From Octopus vulgaris (taxonomy: Eukaryota): a stretch of 64,000 nt of DNA. The stretch is taken from positions 36,580,001 through 36,644,000 of the forward strand of contig OX597832.1 in NCBI GenBank assembly GCA_951406725.2, in the 5' to 3' direction. Of the stretch, positions 1 through 12,638 are shown piece by piece (position 1 is the first letter of the stretch; every line of letters begins with the position of its first letter). The notes under the pieces are model-generated. The model was not told the origin of the DNA, made no database searches, and saw only the letters and a program-made list of their open reading frames with translations. Both the position numbers and the translations under genes were made by a program.

Positions 1-25
1 TCCAAACCCAACCCTTTTTTTGACT

Positions 26-330
26 AATGGAGTACTCTGTTCTCATTCCTAAGGTATTCTGTTTTGCAGTTGTTTTTTTTTTTCTGTTGATATTAAGTCC
101 CAGGCAGGGACTTGGGAAATAATATCAACAGAAAAAAATAATGTCAGCAAAAAAAAAAACCTTAGGAATGAGAACAGAGTACCCCCATTATTCAAAGGCG
201 TCCGAAATTACACCAGAACACCTGATGAATGCTGGAGAGCACATTAGCCAAAACATTGTGGTAACAACAAACAAGGTGAGGACATTGTAAATAATGTAAT
301 AATTCCTCATCTCAAAAATATAGATTGGTA
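26..330 (+). mobile_element. Palindromic short element followed by a degenerate hammerhead-like motif (Penelope-like/retrozyme-type end)
   Basis: GTACTCTGTTCTCATTCCTAAGGT (~31-55) is the reverse complement of ACCTTAGGAATGAGAACAGAGTAC (~159-182). Inner arms TTTTCTGTTGATATT/AATATCAACAGAAAA and AAGTCCC/GGGACTT. CTGATGA lies at 222-228. Confidence 0.55.
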
Positions 331-788
331 AACTTCACTCATTGGGTACATGTATCTATAGTTAGTATATATATATATATATATATATATAGATATAATC
401 GTCATCATTTAACACCCATGCTAGCATATATATGTATATATATATTGTGTGTTTTTGATATTTTGTAAGAGTCATAGAGGTTGGTGGGAAAAGTTGAAGT
501 TATATTTGTAGGATGTAAACATTTATAATGTTTATAAAACTACAGATTGTATGGTTCATAGAATGGCCAGTTAAGGGCTGGAGATAAATAGCCAGACGTA
601 TTATATAGATGACTTATCTTTGCTCTGTGTGTGTGTTAATCTATGACATAATCTGGCTACAGATGTGTTAGATGTCATTACCCATGTCACTATAGACTGC
701 TATGCTCCATGAACTTGACCACTACATTATACAAAGTGCTGCTAGAACTATTGATATATACAACTATTGCTATATATGTGTGTATGTA

Positions 789-826
<38 letters not shown>

Positions 827-1849
827 CTTCTTTCAGTTCTGAATGTGGGTGTGAAATTCAGATTAAGTGATCTTCTGAGAGCAAGAGATCACTTAGTAAC
901 CGAGATGTCACCAAGGTCTCATAGCTGTCTGTAAATACCATTCCTCTTTGTGGCAGCTGCCAACCTGTATGAATTCATGTTAATTCTAAACTGGCAATAT
1001 AGTTGTCGTGCGTATGTCAGCGTTAAATTTCTGGTGTATTATTTTGAAGTTGACAAATGGTTGCAAATATTTTTGGTAAAAGCTTTTAGCTTTAATAATC
1101 CAATGAGCTGTGTGCCATTATTTTCATGATGTGCTGAGCACTTTTTGCAGTTACTTTACTTAAGCTGTCTTCTGTATTCTTCACTGTCTTAAACCAGAAT
1201 GGATTGTTTTTCATATTTTGTTCTTTGAATATTATGTAAAATACTGATTATGCAAGCATGTGTGTATTTGTGCTTGTGAGTGTGTATAATATCAGCTGTA
1301 CAGCTGCCGTTGTGCATGTATACAGCAATATATACAGTCATACAACTCAGTTTGGTAATTGTGTCTTATACAGATTTCTATAGGTGCAAGAATTGAGGTT
1401 TTGTGACAATAATGCCTTTCTTGAGTAAGATGGTTGGAATAAATATGAACTCCCTGCTGGGAGATTACTTTTTATTCCTCCTCTTCCCCCCATTATGACA
1501 GGGGCCACCAGTTATGGAATGGTGTGAAGTTCATTAGCTAAAATCATCATGTTACTGAGAATGAGGTGGAGTAATTCATTATGCAACTGGCATGTTGTTA
1601 TGCACCCCCCTCCATCCTCCAATACATGGTTTGTACTTTATTTTATCAGATCCAGTATTTGATCAGTATTTCTATTTTTATCAACCTCCATTTTGGTTGG
1701 GACTTATGAACCTCAGTATTTGACTGGTACCTTATTTTATGATCCCCGAAAAGTATTGACACTAACAAATGAAATCCTGCTCTCTCCCAGACATCAAATT
1801 GTGAAAATGTCTCAATCATTTCTATTTGAATATTCCTGCTGCTCAAAGA

Positions 1850-2030
1850 CCCTCCCTGTGGTTGCTTGAGGTGTTAGAAATAACTGCTAAATCTTCCTCA
1901 AATCATACCATCGTAAATAAAAGAAACTGGACAGTGTAATCGTAGATATACAAACATTCAGGATGGTCATGGCTAGAACAAATTTAATGAATAAGCCTGC
2001 TTGATGAGAGTTAAATGCCAGCAACCACAA
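1850..2030 (+). repeat. Old interspersed repeat family C (SINE-like); other copies at ~5495-5560, 9700-9880, 10950-11110(-), 13470-13700, 14455-14560(-), 36095-36280, 38605-38737(-)
   Basis: Recurring degenerate motif AGAAATAGCAGC(C/T)AAATCTCCCTCAAATCACAC...GGATGGTCATGGCT...AAACAACAAC found at several sites. Confidence 0.6.
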
Positions 2031-5000
2031 CATGGACTTGATATTACTTATATCACAAGAACATACCAAGTTTGTTCTTGCCTCACTTACAAAGGTGTAA
2101 TGGGAAAAAATAGTCATTGTTTCAGAGCTTTCAAAAAATTATTTTGTTTTTTTGAGGTTTTTTTCTTCATTCTTTTTCTGATTTCAGTTATTGAACTATG
2201 ACCAGTCTTTGGGCAGAAGTCCACTGTCTCCACCTCTGCCACCTTCAAGAGTTTCTATCAGACACAGCCTTTACTTATAGGGTTTAATACATGTTTGTTA
2301 GTGTCTACAAATAAATTGACGGAAATAGCAATGTCTCCTGCCTGAAACTAACATCCAACCATCAGAAGTTGAGCTTTTTTCACTGCATGCCTATAAATTT
2401 ATCTGTACACACACACACATACACACACATAATGCATGTGTGTGTGTGTATGTGTGTGTATTTTAAATAAGTTGTATTTATCTATTTGATGTGTTGGATA
2501 TATTATGTATATAGACTTGATTTTGAAATTCTTTTGAAAATGGTTTATATTTATTTATGTATTACCATTATTTATTTTTTTTTTTTTCACTCTGGTTTTG
2601 GGTTTGAATTAGATTAAAACTAATACAAAAATCTGCTAAATCCCTCCTGATGTGAAAAGAAATTTTTTTTTACAATTTCAAGATTCCTTATCAAATATGT
2701 TTGAACAATTCTGTAATTATTCACCAATTATGGTTAAAAGCAATGAAACTTGTGAAACAAAGATCAAAGTGTTTATCTTTTATATGGATGCAATTTTTAA
2801 TATTTTTTTGCCTTTTTCTTAAAACCAATTTGATTGTTTTGTTTTTAAAATGGTTTTATCTGTATTTAGCTATAATTCTGTTGCTTAAGTTTCTGTATAA
2901 ATAATGGTCAGCTGGATTAATATTTGAAATGACACCCATTTATCATGCTGTGACAATTTTAAAGAACTTCAGTATAAGTGGTGTATAAATTATATATATA
3001 TGTGTGTGTGTGTGTAGCTAATGCACACACACACACATATAAACACACACAAACACACATTCACACATTCACATACACATGTAAATGTATCAAATCTCAG
3101 CACTTCTAATTTTCTCAAATGAATATCTGTTGATTTCAGTGTTAATTTATAATGCGTATATACTTGCACAACAACCTGAATGTTATAAATTATTGCGATA
3201 CTCCAAATCTACTTTCTAAAATCTAATATTTTGTTATAGTGAAATCCTATATTTGCCATCTCAGACTCACTTATGTTCTTCATACTTTGTATTTTTTTTT
3301 TTATATATTATTTAATATATTTTACAAATTTTGTATGTCTGGTGATTGTATGTCATTGACTCTCTATTTCTTGCTGTATATGGAAACCTTATGTTCACTG
3401 AGGTGTCTCATTTTTCAAGTGACTCTGTACAGCTAGGAGCCATTTTGAGTTTTTGTAGCTATTTTAGCAGACAACATGAGAAATTGCTCTCCTCTGGTGC
3501 TGATTCCTGGACATTTATCAACTTCCTGCCTTCGATTCTCTTCTTCACCTCAGTTACCTAAGTAGCAACACTTCACTGGTACCTCTCCGTTTTTTTTATT
3601 CTGCTACACCCTCACACTAGTAACTCGTGCCTTTTTATTTTCTCAGAATCGGTATGTTTTCCTTCAGACTTCTTTCTTTTTCATATGGTCTTGGTTGAGT
3701 TTGTCATGCTTGTAGCTAGAGTTTTTACAATGTATCCACAGAATTCTGTACCAAAAATTAATTCTAAAGAAATAAACCTGCGAATATTTTTCCCCATTCA
3801 ACTTAATGAAGTTTAGTTGTGTCAAAAAAGGAAAAAAAGAAAAAGAAAATCTCAAACAGCAATCAAATGCAAAAAAAATAAAATAAAAGAAACAAAAAAA
3901 CCCCTGCTTAATGTTACCTAATGGTTTTCCTTCCTGTTGGTTATTTTAATGGCTAAAGTAATTTTAATGGGTTGTTTAATGGTCTGAAATGTTATGCTAT
4001 AGTTAGATACTTGGCACCGAAACCAAATGGTAAACTATAGAGCGTTATTAGCAACAATAAGATATTTATAAGATGTCCTTTAGTTAGTTCTTCCTGTCAA
4101 CACACAAACATTCTCTGCTGACAAATCTTAAAACATTTTCCTCTTTCTACTCATTGAAATATCTCTTGGTTTCTCCTCATTAATACCAGTAATTAATTAC
4201 AGTTCCTAGTGTATAGCAGATATACAGATAAATACATACTTTGTGTGTGTAATATATATATATATATGGATTTTGTTAGGAATTTTGTTATGTTTTTTAA
4301 CTGATTCTCTCTGAGTTTATTCTTGGTGCAGTACTCTGTTGATATTCTTGTTGGAATTTCATTTTGTTTGAAAAAAAAATTATTTTTTGTTGGATTATTA
4401 TTATTATTTTTATTATTATTATCATTATTTTATCTACTTTTCGTTTACATATCACTCTGTTAGTCAGACCAGCACCTCACAAATTTTTTGATTCTTCACA
4501 TTTCTGGTTTCCCACTCCAGAACAACTGCCTGAGACCTGAGACATTTCTAAACTCAATCACCTAATGATTAACGATAGCAACAACTGCACACTTACAAAA
4601 TAAACAAAAAAAAAGAAAAGAAAAAAAGGAAAGTAAAACAAAAAAAACAAAGGTCTGATCTGCTGCTTCTCACATAGCTTTCTTTTTTTTTTTTATAATT
4701 TCTAGTTCTTGTTGGTTGAACATGCTTTTGGCTTGATATATATATATGGCTTTCCTAATTTCTTCAGTTCTTATATACCTGTCTGTGTGTGTATGTGTGT
4801 GTGTGGAAACAAAGAATGATGTGTTTCCCAATTTTGAAACTGCCTTCAAGAAGTTTTGGTATCAAAGTATTGGCTGTTGCCTGTTTTAGAAGTAACTCAT
4901 TTTGCTGTTAGTTAGTGTCTATGGCTGATCTGTATGTGGCCTGCACACACACATACACACTGACAAACACACACACTTGCATGTACGCACATGCTCTTAC

Positions 5001-5834
5001 ATATATATATATATGTACACACATTCTTAACTCACATACACAAACATACACACTCACCCTTACACTCAATCTCTTTTTGCACAAATGCACGTATACATTT
5101 GCACTACCACATATACATACAAAACATACACATCACATTAATATGTAATTAATTGATAATTATAGTATATGCATACACAGCAGCAACAAACACCCGAACA
5201 CAGCAGTATATACAAGCACACGCACATATGCACCCAGATATATATGCATACATATATTTACACATAATGTGCATATACATGTACATCAACATCATCTTCA
5301 TCTTAACATTGTGTTCACATCTTGGCATCAATTCATTGGATCACAGCTTTCTTTCATTCTGTACCGAAATACATATCCACACACACACACACACACACAC
5401 ACACATCATGGTTGTGATCATCAGAGTATCACAAACTAAAGGACATACATCCACACACACACACACATTTAACATTGTGTATTCACAAAACCAATGAGGC
5501 CACCTCTGTGTCACTGTGACAAATAGCAGCTAAATCTCCCTCATACAACACACATGTTAGCATGGCTTTCATGGGAAAGTATTTAAGGCAAGATGTTTAT
5601 GGCCACATACTTTCCCCATTGCCAATCCTTAACTAAGAGGTTTCTTTTATTGCAGAGTAATTTGAAAGTGCAGAGCTAATGGACAGCTTAGTTGACGGTA
5701 ATGTCCACAACCATCTCCTGTTGCAGCCAAGTCATAAATGGTGGCATTACTGTTTGTAACCATAACTCAGTATGGAGTCTAATCCTTTACAGTGACATAC
5801 ATGCACATACAGATGTGTACACATTCACACACAT

Positions 5835-5995
5835 GACAGGCTTCTTTCAGTTTCTATAGACCAAATCCTCTCAAGGCAATAGTCACCCTGGGGATGTAGA
5901 AGACATTTGTTCAAAGCACTGCACAGTAGGGACTGAACTCAGACCTACATGGTTACAAAGTGACCCTCTTAACCACACAACCATGCATACTCCTA
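5835..5995 (-). mobile_element. SINE family A (tRNA-derived, CORE-like), 5' fragment
   Basis: GGCTTCTTTCAGTTTC...AGAAGACATTTGTTCAAAG...GGGACTGAACTC matches the other family A copies in reverse. Confidence 0.7.
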
Positions 5996-6074
5996 TCATT
6001 GTGTGTGTATGTGTGTTTAGTTGCTAAATTTTTGGTAATGTCAAGTGTCCAGCAGATGGTGACTTTTGTTATTA

Positions 6075-6590
6075 CAGACACCTCTTGCCCACTTTCTACA
6101 GCCCCAATATGGTAGCTGAGAGTGGATTTTGTTAAACATTTAAAATTCTCAAAAACACATCATACCAACAACACTTTGCCCACACATGATCTTCATCTCA
6201 AATTCTATGAAGATGGCTATCATGTAGGAGCCAACTGTACCTTGGAAAGAACACACATAGAGGAGGCTCGTGTGGAATAGTACACCAAATACCAGAAGCT
6301 GGTAGAGCAGAGTAGAAATTGAGGCTGGTGGAGTTACTTTGAGTCAGTTTAAGTAGGTTACTGAAAGTTTGTTGGGCAATCATTTTGCAGAGCTCTTAGT
6401 AAGCTTAGAGTCAGTGGTGCAGGCCATAGAGAAAGCCACTAGATAGTTTGGATAAAGAAGGCAGCCCCGTGGGCTCACTGCTTACTGGGATGTAAGCCAG
6501 GGCTTGATAAATGCTTGCTAGATCAGTTAGCTAGGGGTCTGGTGTTGAAAGGATCATTTTTCGTCTTACATCCCAGAGCATCTGTAAGTT
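6075..6590 (+). pseudogene. Decayed 3' end of an RLE-type non-LTR retrotransposon (HERO-like): endonuclease domain plus 3' UTR
   Basis: Hand translation across stops and frameshifts: LSTAPIW*LRVDFVKHLKF..IIPTTLCPHMIFISNSMKMAIM*EPTVPW..IEEARVE*YTKYQKLVEQSRN*GWWSYFESV*VGY*KFVGQSFCRALSKLRVSG..AIEKATR. This parallels the HERO pattern TTLRPDIVL...ELTVPWE...KYQELV...GW...PIEVGCRGF. Confidence 0.7.
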
Positions 6591-6688
6591 GTATCTTAAA
6601 ATCATACAGGCAAACTGACACACATCCTGAGATAAATTCATTATATACCCTAACATAGAGGGAATGAATACTTAAATGAGTTTTATAC

Positions 6689-6733
<45 letters not shown>

Positions 6734-6936
6734 AAGATGCAGAAAATGTAACAGGTATTTTTAATCTTTAAATAGCCAATGCGCATCAGCATCGGTCACC
6801 TTATGGAACAACATTTGGCTTTCAAAAAAATGTGCATATGTTAAATAAAGCTTGAAAATATCAGTGGATTTTTCTGCATTTTTAAGATTTCTTTGTAACA
6901 CGGCTTGGATTCTGCTCACTAGGTTATCCAGTTATA

Positions 6937-7184
6937 CAGGGTTATCCAGTTTTACAGTTATACAAAAGTCACCCGACAGTAAATCAAAATTCCATAAATA
7001 CTTCGATTTTATTTATTCATTCCAATTATGAATGTTTAATAATTGAATGCTGTGAGTTAAAAATTACTGTTTTTTTTTCAACATTTGTCTGTTTATTAGC
7101 AGAGTCTCATTCAGTTGTTAAGCATATATAAATCTTGGACTTAAATAGGTTGATTTACTGTCAGGTGACTTTTGGCCAACCTTG
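6937..7184. mobile_element. Tc1/mariner-type MITE with TA flanks
   Basis: AAAAGTCACCCGACAGTAAATCAA (~6964-6987) vs TTGATTTACTGTCAGGTGACTTTT (~7150-7173). Termini TA|CAGGGTT and CAACCTTG|TA. The left end is disturbed by a small local duplication. Confidence 0.7.
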
Positions 7185-8183
7185 TATAATGGTTATTTTC
7201 AAACTGTGTAATATAGGTGTGGGGCTGTTTACTGAGCTCAAATATTTTGGTGACATGTCATCTCTACCAGTACACTTTTAAACTCTGTGTGTGTGTGTGT
7301 GTGTGTGTGTTCTATTCAAACTGAAATCTATTCCCTGGTGTGTTATTGATAGTGAAATAAAGTATCATCATCATTAACATCATAACCCATTCTACTGTTA
7401 GACATGTTTACACATATTAATGTTCAGGTTGTATTTTTGAAGAAATGGTGTTCTAGAAATTTGGGATAACATGAAGCGAGAGAAGGAGAGAGAGCAAGGG
7501 CAGAAAGTGTTGGGTGGGGGTGGGGTTAAGGAGTTGTAGGGCTGGGAGAAGAATTGGGCTATGTGCAAAATGGGATACAATGTAGGGGTACTGAAAGGAG
7601 GAGGAGGAGGAAGAGTAGTTATGAAGTGAGTTGACCAAATTACAGGTGAAAATGGTCTAGTAGTGGCAGCAGTAACAGCGAATAAGGTGAGAAGAGCAAA
7701 CATAGGTGTAGTGGTAGTAAATGATCCCAAGAAAGGACACAGCTTATTAGAATAATGACTGTAGATTTGTTCATCAGATAAGGGAATTGGTGGAGTAGGA
7801 TCAGTGTTGTCCAGCATGCTAAGGATTCTGCCAACTCACCGCCTTCTTCATAATAATAATAATAATAATATTAATCATAATAATTTTCAATAATATAGTA
7901 GCAGGAAGAAGGACAATATGTGACCTTTTTCTAGAGTCTCTGGTATTTAGAAAGGAGAAAAATATCCTCAGACCAGAGAATATTTTCAAAAGAACTGATT
8001 TCACTATAGATACCTAAGGGTCAGTTGGTACAGACAAGCATGATTTGGCTTCTAACATAGATACACAAGGCCATGACTTTAGAGGGTGGTGGCTTTGAAC
8101 TGGAACGTAGAGCCATAGCTAAAATACTGCAAGTTCACTACCCTAATGATCCTGCTAACCCAACACCTTAATAGTAATAATAA

Positions 8184-8390
8184 TCCTTAGCTCAAGGCCT
8201 GAAATTTTGGGGGAGGGAACTAGTCAATTATATTGACCCCAGTACGCAACTGGTACTTATTTCATCAACCCACAAAAGATAAAAAGCAAAGTTGACCTTG
8301 GCAGGATTTGAACTCAGAACGTAGCAACAGGCAAAATTTCAATAAGCATTTTGGCCAGTGTGCTAACAATTCTGCCAGCTCACTGCCTTA
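8184..8390 (-). mobile_element. SINE family B (tRNA head plus Meta-like central domain)
   Basis: Reverse complement reads AAGGCAGTGAGCTGGCAGAATTGTTAGC...GTTCTGAGTTCAAATCC...AAGGTCAACTTTGC...AAATAAGTACCAG. Confidence 0.85.
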
Positions 8391-8408
8391 TAATATTAAT
8401 AGTAATAA

Positions 8409-8616
8409 TCTTTTGTACTATAGGCACAAGTTCTGAAATTTTGGGAGAGGGACTAGTTGATTACATTAACCACAGTACTTGACTGGTACTTAATTTATCA
8501 ACCTTGAAAGAATGAAAGACAAAGTTGACCTTGACAGAATTTGAACTCGGAATGTAATGTATGAAATTCTAAGCATTTTGTCTGGCATGCTAACAATTCT
8601 GCCAGCTCACTGCTTT
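8409..8616 (-). mobile_element. SINE family B, tandem second copy
   Basis: Same motifs directly after the previous copy, separated by an (AAT)-rich spacer. Confidence 0.85.
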
Positions 8617-10739
8617 AATAATAATAATAATAACAATTTCTAACTTAGACACAGTTCCAAACAGAGTAATAGACCCCCAACATCTGATTGGTACTTTATT
8701 TTATGGACAATATAATATATTACATAAATCTAAAGAGTCGTTGGATGGTGATTCTTTTGGTAAATGAAAATAAATTGTTGTTAAAGCAGGAACATTTTAT
8801 GATGATGTGTATCAAAACCTATTTCTTAGATTCTGTTATAATTTTGGTGAGTGCATTCTTAGCAGATTCCTTTCAAAGAAAACCAACAATTGTTATGAAT
8901 ATCAATTATTCTTTAATCTTAACTCAATAATATTTATTCTTCAATATTTCTGAGATTAGTGTTTCATCCTTGAAGCATTTCTTTGAGGTATTTTTCCCTA
9001 CTTCTCAGCATTTATATATTTGTCCATTTATATTTCTTCTCAGCGTGGAAATAGCTTTTAGTCACCTGATCTTGCCTCACTCCATTATTTTCTTCTGTTC
9101 TTTATTGATTCTCAAAGCCATTTATCATATTTTGATATTCACCATTTAATTACCATCTGCAGACTTTTCTTGAAACTTGGCTGTCACCAATAAATTATGC
9201 CTTTCTCTTGACATTTCTTCTCTTATTATCTCTCGGGTATTAGCGTCTTCAATAATCCACTGAATTTGGTTTTGCTGCCTGTCAAACTCTTAATCCACAA
9301 CTGTCTGCAATTATTGGAAAATTAGTTGTTGTGGTGGTGGCTGTGGTCTTGGTGTCAGTTGTGGTAATGATAGTGATAGAGTGGGGACAATCATGGTGAT
9401 GCCACTAGTGGTAGTCATGGTAATGATGACAGTAGTGGTTGTAGTAGTAAAGGTTATTTTGAATTTTAAAATTTCTCATCCCAGTTATACCTGATGGTCC
9501 ATAACCTGTCTGTGATGGTGACTCTATGGTGAACATAACAGATGAGAGAATATGGCTTAGTGCTGTGTTTGATTCGTCATGCAACAACACAAGGTGCAAC
9601 ATTTGTATTGCTAGAGATGCAGGTGCATACATCTCTGTTAAGAAATCTGCAGAAATAGCAAAGTCTGCTACACTTCTAGTTTCAGTACACTATTCCTCAC
9701 CCATGAACCAGTGAGGAGGTCTCTACATGGTTGCTTACTCTGCCAGGAAAAGTAAGCAAATTTGCTCAAATGACCCTCTACCATCTTAAAACAAGAAGGC
9801 ATTATTGGACAATATAGAACTGTTTTGTGGGTTTGCTTGATCTTTGGTATGAAACAAATAGCATAATGAAATACATCAACTTCTCCAGTGGAACCCAATC
9901 TTACCATCAATGGTGTCTATTAATCAGTTTCACTATGTCTCAAGATCTCATATATACATTTTAATACTAAAACTACCCCATTTCACTACTGATAAATAAA
10001 TTATAGCATTTGTTTCTGTAGCAGTCTGGCCACATGTTTGAGCATCTCCTTTATACATCTTCATGGTTGAAATCAAATGTCATTTTGTTGTTATGAGTTC
10101 AAATATAATGTTGGTATCTCATATATGTGTATTTGTGAAGTGGAACATGAACTGAGGAGGAATAGTTAGCATTTCTTTTGAGAAATCATCTCAGGCTGGC
10201 AACCTATTATGAGTAGAAAGATTTTACTTCTATCATTTTAATACCATAAAACTGGTGCTAAACTCTGCTCCTTAGAAATCAGTTGGTGCTAAGGGACATT
10301 TATATTAACTTACAAACTTTATTTTCCATCAGCAATTTTCAAACAAGACTTTTATACTTGGTACCGTCTCAGGCAACTATTGACATAGGAAGCCATGTTT
10401 GCAGTGGTGGTGGTGGGTCAGAATGGGAAGTCATGCAGGTTGTGGGAACTCATGTTGGTTGATGACATAAAATAATAAACAGATAGCCTATCTATAGAGC
10501 ACCTGCCAAAATCTGATCACAACATAAGCACTTATCAAAGAAACCATAAGGGTCCACTTATCAACTTGATTACAAAAGGACTACTTAAACACTACCCTAC
10601 CTCTTCACTTGATGTGTATTCATCTTGTTCAACCCTTCAAATAACTATCAACTGTGATCAACTTTTCTTCCATCATACGGACCCATCACTAACCAATTTT
10701 AATAAAGTATTTGTATTTAAGAGCAAATCTCAACTGAAA

Positions 10740-10834
10740 TCATCATCATCATCGTTTAATGTCCGCTTTCCATGCTAGCATGGATTGGACGATTTTGACT
10801 GAGGGCTGGCGAACCAGATGGCTGCACCAGGCTC
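10740..10834 (-). mobile_element. Extreme 3' end of RTE LINE with (GAT)n tail
   Basis: CATCATCATCATCGTTTAATGTCCGCTTTCCATGCTAGCATGG, same as 20146-20230. Confidence 0.85.
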
Positions 10835-11321
10835 TACATAATAAATGGTGGCCTAAGGTTTTATCAGCTTTAAGTTCCTTCATATTGCCAGTTTAATTAT
10901 CAATACTTCTAAATATCAGTCCATGTAATTGGTCATTGTAGCCATGTGTTGGTGTTTAGCTTCAGGTCAGCTCTGGACCCAGCAAATTGATAATCAGACA
11001 AGTTCCATCCATGACCAACATGTCCTTTTCTCATGTATTTTATATTCAGGACTACATAATGTGGCTTCTTGTGAAACCTCATGATTTGAGGATAAGTCAG
11101 TTGTTATTTCTTTCCACCATGTTGGGATTCCAAAAAAGGAGTTGTTTGTGTATCTCAAGATTTTGTGATCTCCTTGGTCTTTCGGCAGATCTTTGTTCTA
11201 CTCTGTGTCCAATCAGTTTTCGTTAATCATTAAAATATTGCAATCCTAGCCATTGTTTCCAGATCTTTCTCGAGCAAAAAACAGACGTTTTCTCTTTTCA
11301 CTGTTTTACATTCATTTCAAT

Positions 11322-11570
11322 ATGTTAACATGTAGTGGATGCTTTAGCTATTAGAACATCTATGTTAACATGGGTAGGGGTGGGGTGTTATCAGTTGAAA
11401 CAGCTGTGTTTATATGTGGCAGTGAGTGGTTTATCCATTGGAGTATCCATCATAACATGTGGCTATTTGGTTTATCAGTGAGAACAGCAATGTTGACATG
11501 TAGCAGTGTGGTTTATCAATTAGAGCTGGTGGTTCATTTTTGAAGCAGTTGTTTCCCCTCGTTAACATGT
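11322..11570. repeat. Degenerate minisatellite, unit ~40-45 nt
   Basis: Recurring TGTTAACATGT(A/G)GCAGTGTGGTTTATCAGTTAGAACAGC-like unit, about 5-6 copies. Confidence 0.6.
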
Positions 11571-12606
11571 AAAGGGGTGGCATAAATTGTCTACCCAGTT
11601 GTTTCTGCAATTGGGGAGTTAGAGTCCCTGTTTTCCACTAATCAGTCATTTGTACACATTCCTTCATACATATATACACATTAGTGTATAACATGCGCAC
11701 TTGTGTACACTCATATCACATGCACACACACATTGAGGCATGTGCACACAAATATACATGCATGCATACACAGACCTATGTACACATGCATGTATAGTCA
11801 CACACATACACAGCACACATTCTCTCTCTCTTACACACTGCTGGTTTCAAGGCATTGATTATCTACTTTGTAAGCTTTAATAATCTTCATTATAAGCCTT
11901 GTTATTTTTCCATACCTTAAACTACTTTAGAAGGTTTTGTAAATATTTGTTTATTATCCTTAATTATATTTTTAAATATACTACAGAATTCTAACTTCTA
12001 CTAGTATTTAATTTCTTAATTAATCACTCAAATTAATAATATTTCTCCAAGTTTAAATTATATATTTATATACATATATCAATATAAAAAAGAATGCAAC
12101 CCAATTTAATATATACATACATATATTTAGATAAGAAATGCAACAGTTAAAACTTGAGAGTTTTTAAATCGTTATAAATGTTTAATTTTAACGAGTATTT
12201 TAAACTGTTTTTATTGTGCCTTTATACAAAAATCCGTTTTGAAATTTTTTTTTTCCCTTACAACTCTTGTTCCTGCGATATCAGTCTCTGTCAAAACTGA
12301 AGAGTCTTTATAATCTGTTGTAAGAAGCAACACTAATTGCTTGCTGCCTCCTGTTTTTATTCTCCAGACACTGATGGTTGCAATGTCTCTAAGTTTCAAT
12401 ATAAATCGTTAAACATACCTGATGCAGTTCTCATTTATAAATAGTACCTGTCTTATGCTTTAAATTCTTTAAGTTTTCTTTGATAAATTCTGACAATATT
12501 CCATTTTATTTCTGGTTTTTATTGAAATGAAAATTATTTTGTAACCTAAGTTTTTGTTTTATTTTGTGTTTACATGTATAAGTGTATCTGTGTGTAAGTG
12601 TGGTGT

Positions 12607-12638
<32 letters not shown>

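Noticed and set aside
7505-7615. G-rich runs with G-quadruplex potential
   Set aside because: Such runs are common in this low-complexity background and there is nothing specific to support a function.
7398-7817. 139-aa Pro/Thr-rich minus-strand ORF
   Set aside because: Derived from purine-rich GGA/GTA low-complexity sequence; no domain or convincing splice signals.
8960-9320. Possible minus-strand LINE fragment (also 12740-12960, 14810-15130, 38790-39200)
   Set aside because: The composition suggests old TE debris, but I could not recover diagnostic motifs with confidence.
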